Positions 11,067 through 19,180 of a stretch of DNA of 28,050 nt are shown piece by piece. Below the pieces are notes generated by a model, which worked only from the letters and a program-made list of their open reading frames with translations, was not told where the DNA came from and did no database searches. Position 1 is the first letter of the stretch. Each line of letters opens with the position of its first letter. Source of the stretch: Octopus sinensis (Eukaryota); the NCBI RefSeq assembly GCF_006345805.1, contig NW_021834771.1, positions 1 to 28,050 of the forward strand. The letters are read 5' to 3'. The position numbers were made by a program, and so were the translations under genes.

Positions 11067-11109
11067 TCTGTGCTGATGAGGTGCAATAACCCAGAAACTA
11101 GTCCACAGA
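11067..11109 (+). ncRNA. Minimal type I hammerhead ribozyme motif (PLE-type)
   Basis: TCTGTG-CTGATGA-ggtgcaataaccca-GAAA-CTA-GTC-CACAGA. 6-bp stem I, intact CUGAUGA and GAAA cores, palindromic stem III ACTAGT, GUC site at 11101-11103. Stem II is weak (GGT/ACC plus 2 extra nt). Confidence 0.7.
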
Positions 11110-11388
11110 TGGTGTGTCGTATAGCCAGCTAGAAACGATATTTCTTGGGCTAAAACAAAAGTAACATCGTCCCTTTCGGGACAGCCACATTATGTTGGCA
11201 AATAACCTTTTCTTTAAATTGTTTATACTTCAACAATACACAAAATATTTTAACAATTTTTGTCGTACATTTCCTAATAATAAATAATAATAAGAATATA
11301 ATAGGATATTATTAAATATAGAATAGCTACAGGGGTCTAGTAGAATAAAATAGGAGACAAAAGGGGTCCATTATCAAGAGTCACTGAA

Positions 11389-11465
11389 GGGCCTGAAATT
11401 TCGTGGGGAAGAGGCTAGTCGATTATATCGAACCCAACGTTCTAATGGTACTTATTATTTCATCA
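11389..11465 (-). mobile_element. SINE family A fragment (3' part)
   Basis: GGCCTGAAATTT...TAGTCGATTATATCGAACCCA...TGGTACTTATT is the reverse complement of the family A body and tail ii. Confidence 0.7.
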
Positions 11466-11470
11466 ATTCC

Positions 11471-11690
11471 TAAGGCTGCGAGCTGGCAAATTTGTTAAAC
11501 ACGTCCGGTAAAAATGCTTAGCAGCATTTCGTCCGTCCTTACATTCCGAGTTTAAATTCCACCGAGGTCGACTTAGCTTCTCATCCTTTCGCGGTCGATA
11601 AATTAAGTACCAGTTGAGCATTGGGTTCGATGTAACTAACCATTTCCTCCTCCAAAATTTCAGGCCTTGTGCCTTTCGTAGAAAGGATTA
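11471..11690 (+). mobile_element. SINE family A (tail type ii)
   Basis: TAAGGCTGCGAGCTGGCA...GAGTTTAAATTCCACCGAGGTCGAC...CAAAATTTCAGGCCTTGTGCC...GTAGAAAGGA. Confidence 0.88.
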
Positions 11691-11692
11691 TT

Positions 11693-11956
11693 TTAATCGA
11701 TTCCGAAAAGATGAAAGTCAAAGCCGATCTCGGTGGGATTTGAACTCGAAACGCTAAAAGAGGAAAGAATTGTAATAATGGTTTCAAATTCTGACACAAG
11801 ACTAGAAGTTTGAGGATTGACAGTAAGTCAATCGATTCCGAAAGGATGAACGGCGAAGTCAACCTCGGCAGAATTTCAGCTGAGAATGCAAAGATAGATG
11901 AAATACTACTAAGCTTTTTGCCCAGCGTGCTAATGATTCTGCCGGCTCAACGCCTT
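11693..11956 (-). mobile_element. Two degenerate SINE family A copies or fragments (about 11693-11757 and 11781-11956)
   Basis: GAAA(A/G)GATGAA...CTCGG...GAATTT bodies; the second ends in GCTAATGATTCTGCCGGCTCAACGCCTT (antisense head). Confidence 0.75.
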
Positions 11957-11972
11957 TCTGCTGCTGCTGCTG

Positions 11973-12053
<81 letters not shown>

Positions 12054-12444
12054 GTCCTTTTTTTATTGGCATACATCGAAACAACATCGAAAAAATAGCA
12101 CAAAATCACCAACAGCATCACCATAATCATTGTTCTGAAGGAGAATGGAAGTGGTGATGTTCAGGCATTTCTTAATGTCATCAACGTCGAAACTGCATCA
12201 CCTAAACACTGTGCCATGCGCTTCCCTTCCGTTTAGCTACACCAGCCATCCCCAGTTCAATGCTACCATACCACCACGTTCGGATCTTACCGTTTGTTCT
12301 GGCGCACGCATTGATCTGTAACATAATCTGAAGTATTGGGAATTCTTTTGCTACACAGCATCGAAGAAAGTGCCTTACGGTCATTAATTGCAGCTTTTCC
12401 GGCTGGGTTCAAATCCGAACGAGGTCAGCTTTGCCTTTTGCATC

Positions 12445-12515
12445 AATTCAAGCAGTGTCCCAGATTCAAGCAGTGTCCCAGATTCAAGCAGAATCCCAAT
12501 TCAAGCAGTGTCCCA
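12445..12515 (+). repeat. 18-bp minisatellite, 4 units (ATTCAAGCAGTGTCCCA core)
   Basis: Units start at 12445, 12463, 12481 and 12499, directly after a degenerate family A head/B-box fragment (about 12385-12444). Confidence 0.9.
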
Positions 12516-12834
12516 ATTTCCGCGAGATACTTCCTCTTCTATCGTGACCAATTGACATCTGGCTAACTAACACAAGCCATCACCCGTGCCGGGTCCTCAG
12601 AAAAGGGAACCCATACGCAGGATCCAATTCCGAAAATCGTGCAACATGGCTAAACGGAATGAACTGACGTTCCTGAAACAAACAAAGAACTTTCAATTGA
12701 CTTGTGTTTATAAACTTAAACACCAGTCAAGTACAAACGTAACTTTAATCAACCAATCTTGTAATCATCTCAAATTTATCAACGTTTGCCTATGTTAAAA
12801 ATAATAACTTCTTAGATCCTGCTACCCCAGATTC

Positions 12835-13168
12835 TTTATTATCTCCGCCTTCGCTAAGGCCGAGGTATTGTTTTCAGTCATGTTTTTTGTCCGGATGGAT
12901 TCGGATGAAACTTTCCTGGATATTTGGCCTTGTGACTGGCACGAACTGATTAGATTTTGGGATCGATCCGGTACCGGACAAGGATTATTTTTCCAGCTAT
13001 TTTATTTTTAGTTTTTGAGAGCTGCCGGGTTTATTTTTAATATTCTCATTTGTGAGAGCAGTCGAGTTTATTTCAGATATTCTCATTTTAAAATTCCCCT
13101 TTGGCTAATCTTTGAGTGGACGTTGGTATTTCCTTAGCGGAGGTTTGCGCTCTCTGAGTGTTCTTGTT
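12835..13168 (+). mobile_element. Helentron-associated non-autonomous element (HINE/DINE-1-like)
   Basis: 5' self-complementary terminus CTCCGCCTT-CGCT-AAGGCCGAG containing CCTTCGCTAAGG. 3' subterminal IR CCTTAGCGGAGG (13132-13143), then hairpin GCGCTC-TCT-GAGTGT. T-rich ends. Confidence 0.72.
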
Positions 13169-13274
13169 ACAATTTAAACCACGCTGGATTTTTGACATAT
13201 CAGGTTACACAAATTTTTGCTTGCTATTGTATCAAAAGACTCGGAGCAAAACATCACAGATTTGAGGAAGTAGT

Positions 13275-13390
13275 TAGTTATCGATTAAATCTATCCCAGT
13301 CATTGGATGGCATTGAATTCTTTTAATCTCGAAAGATTGAAATACAATGGTGACCTCGATGGATTTAAATTCAGAACATAAAAAGCGGTG
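13275..13390 (-). mobile_element. Highly degenerate SINE family A fragment
   Basis: CTCGAAAGATTGAAA...GACCTCGATGGATTTAAATTCAGAAC resembles the antisense family A body. Confidence 0.55.
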
Positions 13391-13400
13391 AACTTAATGA

Positions 13401-13617
13401 CCTTTCTACTATAGGCACAAGGCCTGAAATACTTGGCGGGTGGGGTGACTAGTAAATTACATCGACCCCAATGCTCAAATGGTATTATTTCATCGACCCC
13501 GGAATCGTGAAAGGCAAAGGGAACCTCGACGGAATTTGAACACAGAAAGTAAAGATGGACAAAATGCCATTTAGCATTTTGCCCGGTGTGCTAAAGATTC
13601 TTCCAGCTCGCCGCCTT
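13401..13617 (-). mobile_element. SINE family A (tail type ii), full length
   Basis: CCTTTCTACTATAGGCACAAGGCCTGAAAT ... CCAGCTCGCCGCCTT. Confidence 0.88.
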
Positions 13618-13839
13618 GGTGAACCGTAACGCCTTTTCCCGACGCTGTAACGCAATGGTTTTCAACGTTTCTGTGACCACATCACCCTAATCTTTCTGTT
13701 CAGGAATGCGACGCCTTTATTGTTTGCATAACGTATCATAATTAACCTCGTGACATCTCTATTTACAGTTTATGATACCCCTAGATAGCGGGATACAGCA
13801 GACGGAAAATCATTGCTTTGACGGTTCTATTAATGCACA

Positions 13840-14053
13840 AAGGCGGTCAACTGGTAGAATCGTTAGCGCGCTGGACGAAATGCTTAGCGGTATTTCGCCT
13901 GTCGCAACGTTGTGAGTTCAAATTCCACCGAGGTTGACTTTGCCTTTCAGCTTTTCGGGGTCGATAAATTAAGTACTAGTTGCGTACAAGGGTCGATGTA
14001 ATCGACTTAACCCCTCTCCCAAAATTTCAGGCCTTGTGCCTTAAGTAGGAAGG
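13840..14053 (+). mobile_element. SINE family A (tail type ii), full length
   Basis: AAGGCGGTCAACTGGTAGAATCGTTAGC...GAGTTCAAATTCC...CAAAATTTCAGGCCTTGTGCC. Confidence 0.9.
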
Positions 14054-14092
14054 AGTCTGTTTATACACAGTCTGATATCCTACTTAGTACAA

Positions 14093-14408
14093 CATCGGTC
14101 ACAATGACGAGTGTTCCAGGCGATCCGATCAACGGAACAGCTTACTCGTGAAATTAACGTGCAAGTTACCGAGCAATCCACTGACACGTGTACCCTTAAC
14201 GTAGTTCTCAGGGCGATTCAACGTGACACTAAATGTGAAAAGGCTGACCCATTGAAATACAGGTACAGCTCAATTTTGCCAGGGGAGTGGACTGGAGCAA
14301 TGAAAAAATTAAGTGTCATGCTCAAGGACACAACGCGCTGCCGGGAATTGAAATCCCGACCTTACAATCGTGAGACGAATACTTAACCACTGAGCCACCT
14401 GCCTCCAC
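14093..14408 (-). mobile_element. tRNA-derived SINE family C' (family C tail, different central domain)
   Basis: Head GTGGAGGCAGGTGGCTCAGTGGTTAAG. About 165 bp of 3' tail align with 9740-9905. Central GCGTTGTGTCCTTGAGCATGACACTTAA...TGCTCCAGTCCACT...GGCAAAA resembles CORE/Meta-type SINE domains (from memory). Confidence 0.85.
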
Positions 14409-14823
14409 AGTTCTGGGTATAAAGAAATGCTAATTTGTCACTTGGTCAGAGAGCATCACATTTCTAAGATTAGCTCAGTTTAATTAAAAGGACGCTACTA
14501 CTAAATATAATAGACGAGGAGGGCAATGTCCATAACCTTTGGGATCATAGGCACAAAGAGAATGATCGAAATTATCTTCAAACGAAAGACCTTCTTCAGA
14601 TACTTGCAACAACGGAAAGGGCTCATGCTAGAGTCACCTAAGGGCCAAGTTGAGGTGTTAAATCTGATGGATATCGGGTAAAGTATTCTACCGTATATAA
14701 CTTGTTATCGACCACAAAAAGATAAAAAGTAAAATCACCCTAGGGGAATTGAAAGCAGAACTTAACTGTGACCCGCCGTATGCATTCCCCAGCGCTCGAT
14801 CAGTTATATCGTTCAGCAGCCTA

Positions 14824-14978
14824 CAGGCGCGGTCCCAGGAATTTTTCGAAGGAAAATCATAAGGTCAAAAGGGAATACAATTCCAGCAGAAAAGGACATA
14901 ATAACATTATTTAGAAAGGCGAACTTCTTTTTCTTGAGGGGGCCACGTACCCCTCAGCCCCCACTGGGTTCGCTTCTG
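14824..14978. mobile_element. Possible small non-autonomous DNA transposon relic
   Basis: CAGGCGCGGTCCCAG versus the reverse complement of CTGGGTTCGCTTCTG (11/15 match). No convincing TSD. Confidence 0.35.
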
Positions 14979-15146
14979 CCCTACAGTTATAACAAAGGTA
15001 CGGACAAAAAAAACCTCCCACATTTTATTGGCTGACAAGTGTTTCAACAGGAAACGTATGGGTGAGCACCAGTCTAAACCATGGTGGTAACTGAAAAATT
15101 AAGTTAATAGCAATTATAAAAAAATTAAAGAAACGGCAGTTTATTT

Positions 15147-15341
15147 GTTTCAAAATCTGGCACAATGCCAGCATATTCGGGAAAGTCGGTAAGTCGATTA
15201 CATAGACCCCAGTGTTGAACTGGCACTTGTTTTATCGGCCCCTGAAAAAAAAATGAAAGACAAAAGCGACCTCGGCGGAATTTGAACTCAGAACGTTCAG
15301 CATTTCGCCCTGCGTGCTAACGATTCTACCAGCTAGCCACC
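15147..15341 (-). mobile_element. SINE family A (tail type iii) with an internal deletion in the head
   Basis: GTTTCAAAATCTGGCACAA...GACCTCGGCGGAATTTGAACTCAGAACGT|TCAGCATTTCG...GCTAGCCACC. Confidence 0.85.
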
Positions 15342-15362
15342 CGTAAGCGGTAAAATATTACC

Positions 15363-15594
15363 TATTTCTTTATTACCCACAAGGGGCTAAACATAGAGGG
15401 GGACAAACAAGGACAGACATAGGTATTAAGTCGATTACATCGACCCCAGTGCGTAACTGGTACTTAATTTATCGACCCCGAAAGGATGAAAGGCAAAGTC
15501 GACCTCGGCGGAATTTGAACTCAGAACGTAACAGCTGACGACATCCCGCTCAGTATTTCGCTCTGCGTGCTAACGATTCTGCCAGCTAGCCACC
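15363..15594 (-). mobile_element. SINE family A (tail type i), well conserved
   Basis: TATTTCTTTATTACCCACAAGGGGCTAAAC...GAAAGGATGAAAGGCAAAGTCGACCTCGGCGGAATTTGAACTCAGAACGT. Flanked by a 65-bp duplication. Confidence 0.92.
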
Positions 15595-15718
15595 CGTAAA
15601 CGGTAAAATATTACCGTTTAAAGCAGCGATACCATTTGTCGATCTTCACTAGTTAATATGCATAAAAAATAAGTGGGAGATTTTTTCTGCTGGACACTGT
15701 ATAAATAGCGATAACTTT

Positions 15719-16171
15719 GGATCTTTTCGGTTTGAACGGCAGTTTTTAACATAATTTCTAGGTAACTAAAAAATGTTAAACTTCGTATACTGGTTGAATG
15801 TGTTTATAAAACGTTTTTCTCTTGGCTTTATTGAGAAAATTCTATAGTTTGTAAGATATTTGTTGTTTTTTTTCTTCAATTTCTGCAATGTCAACCAATC
15901 AAATACGTCTATTGAGGTAAAAAAAAAACATTCTGTGCCGTATGACTATGTCCCTCTTTTAAGAAACAGATTGGGTTTATTTACATCTGTGAAGAAAAAA
16001 AAGATACCCCCCCTAACCCTAACCCTAACCCTAACTATCCCTAACTATCCCTAACTAACCCTAACCCAAAAACAGATTGAAATGCAATAGATCGATACTT
16101 GGGTTATAATTATGGGTGAAAATTTCATATGACACCGCTAGAAAAAACTGCCGTTCAAACCGAAAAGATCC
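15719..16171. mobile_element. MITE with perfect 29-bp TIRs and 8-bp TSD (Merlin- or hAT-type)
   Basis: TIR GGATCTTTTCGGTTTGAACGGCAGTTTTT at 15719-15747, reverse complement at 16143-16171. TSD ATAACTTT at 15711-15718 and 16172-16179. Confidence 0.93.
16011..16067 (+). repeat. Telomere-like (CCCTAA)n and variant (CCCTAACTAT) array inside the MITE
   Basis: ccctaaccctaaccctaaccctaactatccctaactatccctaactaaccctaaccc read directly. Confidence 0.93.
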
Positions 16172-16914
16172 ATAACTTTTATTACGAGAGGGTCATTCAT
16201 TTTAAGGGAGTCTTATCCCTATTCTATTATATCAAATTTTTAATACTTGGCTGCCTCTTAATATATTCTATCGACCCCGGGAGAATGAAATGTAAGATAA
16301 GCAGCGAAAGTTTTGAACTCTGAGTGCAGATGCATTATAAGTAAGTAATATATAATAATTTATCGCGGGTTCTACCAAATCTATTGCCCTCAGTCATCAG
16401 ACATAAACAAAACTACTAATTATAGGAGAAAAAAAATACGAAAAAAATATTAACAGAAAAAAAAAAGAAGAAACATGAAGAACCCCCACCTCTCACTCCT
16501 CGATCATCATTTGAAACCTGTTAATTATACTATGGTTAGATTGTTTGATGTAATTAAGCAGCCCACACACCGAAACGAAAATGCAATAGGCCGACATGAA
16601 ATATAAGTTTTGGGGTGTTACTGTAAAATAGCATTTGTATTTTTTTTTTCCAAAAAAAAAAAGGTCACGTCTCATATTAATTTTGACCTTTATCGTTTTT
16701 CTTTATCAAACTTTTAAGTGGGTGGTCGTGTTAAGTGAATGTTAAAAAGATGAAAGAAAAAAAAATGCTTTGCTTGACGATTTGATGATATTTCTTTCGG
16801 TGGACAACACCTGTGTGAGTTCGAATCTTGAAAGAACACCCTCTCCCTTCCAATTTTTGTGAATTCAAGCAAATGAGTACCGCTAAAAGTGAAGAATAGA
16901 AACAGTTTAGCAAT

Positions 16915-17212
16915 TGTTTCTAATTTAAACAAGAGGTTTAAATTAGAGACAGTTTTGAGGGGAGGGGTTTAGTCGATCCAATCGACTCTAGGACTTGACA
17001 AGTACTTTATTTTATCGACCCCGAAAGGATTAATGTTAAATTTGACAGCGGCAAAGTTTTGAACTCATAACGTAGTTTCAGAACAGATATTTGTTTCAAA
17101 TTTTCATACAAGGGCAGCGATTTCGGAGGAGAGGTTAAATCGAATACATCTACCCCAGGGCTGAAATGGTACTTTGTTTATCGACCTGTAGTAGCTGAAT
17201 TCAGAACGTAAA
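16915..17212 (-). mobile_element. Two tandem degenerate SINE family A 3' fragments (about 16915-17075 and 17092-17212; tail type iii)
   Basis: TAGTCGATCCAATCGAC...TTATCGACCCCGAAAGGA and TTAAATCGAATACATCTACCCCAG...GGTACTTTGTTTATCGACC. Confidence 0.75.
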
Positions 17213-17328
17213 GTTCAACTCCTACTGAAATAAGCCTTAATTTTCATGTTTCCTATAGTCAATAACATGAAGTATCAATCTCAGCAAAGTGCTGGTTAGA
17301 TGCAGTCGACTAAACCTCTCCTCTCAAA

Positions 17329-17460
<132 letters not shown>

Positions 17461-17752
17461 ATGGATGTTTGTATAAACTAGAAAGATTGTATTGAAAATA
17501 TCTACTTAATAGTATAAAATTGAATTCCAGAAGTCTGGCCTTATGTCATGCAGTGTTACAATCTTCACTGAAGCAGGTGTAAGGATTCTTTCTTTAAATA
17601 ATTTCAGGACAAACTCACTCTCTAGTCTTGTTTTTTTTTTCATCCCAATGTATACTGCGCTCTTTAAAAATATGGAGACAAGAGTAAGAAAGTTTCTTAA
17701 ATGGTATAAATTCTCTTCGCAGCCTTTTCTTTCGAAATATGAAGCTGCAAAT

Positions 17753-17964
17753 AAAGGTGGTGAACTGGCAGAATCCTCAGCGCGCCGGGGAAAATGCTGA
17801 GTAGCATTTTGTCTGTCCACGTTCTGAGTTCAAATACCACCGAAATCGACTTTGCTTTTCATTCTTTCAGGGTCGATATGATAAGTACCACTTGAGTACT
17901 GGGATCGATGTAATCGACTTAATGCCTTCCTCGAAACTCCTGGCCTTGTGCCGAAATTTGAAAG
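17753..17964 (+). mobile_element. SINE family A (tail type iii), full length
   Basis: AAAGGTGGTGAACTGGCAGAATC...GAGTTCAAATACC...CTGGCCTTGTGCCGAAATTTGAAAG. Confidence 0.88.
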
Positions 17965-18229
17965 CAATATAAAGCTACAAATGGAGTTGTATGCCTTTAC
18001 TTGGACCACACAAGTATTACACATGCAAACTTATAATTTTAATTATAGCCGAGAAGCTACATTTGGGACTGAATGTCCTTGACTTCCGTCCGAGACGTCT
18101 TACCCAACTTAGTTTGCAAAGCTAATTTATCAAGTTCTCTGGAACGAAACTCTATATATTTAGTCACTCGAAAGCCTACTTATTTATGAGGTTCTAATTC
18201 TTCTGTTGATATTATATTATGTATACATA

Positions 18230-18282
<53 letters not shown>

Positions 18283-18503
18283 TGGAGTAAACACATGAAT
18301 GTGAAACAAGTGGAAAAAAGAGTACTCAAATACCAGTGGTAGAGTAATATGCTTTATTTAAAGCAGCGGAAAATTCAACAAAACCTGTTACTCTGAGTTT
18401 CACCTTGCCGTTCATCGGACAGTTTTTGCTAGATTCTAGCAAAACGGCAACGTGAAACTCAGAGTAACAGGTTTTGTTGAATTTTCCGCTGCTTTAAATA
18501 AAG
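18283..18503. mobile_element. Palindromic Penelope-like pLTR relic inserted in (TA)n
   Basis: Near-perfect palindrome at 18352-18503 centred on 18434 (GCTAGA-T-TCTAGC), with (TA)n on both sides. It carries a hammerhead-like motif. The PLE assignment is inferred from this architecture. Confidence 0.65.
18385..18422 (-). ncRNA. Minimal type I hammerhead-like motif with U4C core variant
   Basis: Minus strand CTGT-CCGATGA-ACGGCAAGGT-GAAA-CTCAGA-GTA-ACAG. Stem I CTGT/ACAG; stem III ACTC-A-GAGT. The mirror arm has a perfect stem II ACG-GCAA-CGT but lacks the 5' core. Confidence 0.55.
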
Positions 18504-18657
18504 TATATATATATATATATATATATATGAATATAATTTAGATTCAGATGAATATGGTACTTAAGTTGAGGCACCAGAATTTAGTACCTTATTATCCATA
18601 CAATTTCAAAGTAAGGTCATTAAAATCAAAATAAGCAACAAGGATATCCAGAGGTAA

Positions 18658-18744
18658 TGCAGTACGATCGTTTTATGCAACTCCATTTAATTGAACAATG
18701 AAATAATTACATCAATTTAAAATTTAGAGCAATCTTCAGCTGCA
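18658..18744 (-). ncRNA. Type I hammerhead relic (G12>A lesion)
   Basis: Minus strand TGCAG-CTGAAGA-ttgc...gcat-AAAAC-GATC-GTA-CTGCA. 5-bp stem I and palindromic stem III ACGATCGT. The right-arm copy (18997-19045 +) retains GAAAC but has lost the GTA site. Confidence 0.6.
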
Positions 18745-19047
18745 CAAAGACATAGAATTTAATTAAATTAGAACAGATGGATAAAATATTCTATAAATTA
18801 AAACTGACCCCATAAATACCAAAAAAAAAAAAAAAAATCAGAGACAGAGTCTTCTTGATAATTTTAGTTACTTTTATGCTGAAGTAGAAACAATATGTTC
18901 TTTGTCTATCTCCTTAACTTCTTGGAGATTTTAGGTATAATTTTACTAATGTGTTCCATCTATTCTAATTTAATTAAATTCTATGTCTTTGAGTAGCTGA
19001 AGATTGCTCTACATTTTAAATTGATGTAATGAAACGATTGCATTAGG
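18658..19047. mobile_element. Second Penelope-like pLTR relic (inverted arms, about 173-bp spacer)
   Basis: About 18706-18781 is the reverse complement of about 18955-19030 (about 76 bp, roughly 4 mismatches). Homology extends to 18658 and 19045 with two deletions in the right arm. Both arms carry hammerhead core parts. Confidence 0.65.
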
Positions 19048-19049
19048 TT

Positions 19050-19180
19050 CCCCGGTTTCTGTGGAGTATAAATTCCCCCACTAAACAGGGTTCCGGTTCG
19101 TCGTACGTTTACTTATCTCTGCCAGCTGAATGAACTCGGGCATCGTGAAGTGGGATGTCTTGCTCAAGAGCAAAATTCCT
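19050..19180 (-). mobile_element. Degenerate SINE fragment with a family C'-like central domain
   Basis: GCCAGCTGAATGAACTCGGGCATCGTGAAGTGGGATGTCTTGCTCAAG resembles 14278-14330. Confidence 0.5.

Noticed and set aside
12445-12515. CRISPR-like array
   Set aside because: The units are contiguous with no unique spacers, and the context is eukaryotic.
14875-15702. Possible Tc1 TIR pair (TACAATTCCAGCAGAAAA / TTTTCTGCTGGACACTGTA)
   Set aside because: Only an 11-12-bp core matches, and it conflicts with the overlapping candidate at 14824-14978.
16011-16067. True telomere or telomerase RNA template
   Set aside because: Short, degenerate and internal to a MITE with intact TIRs and TSD.
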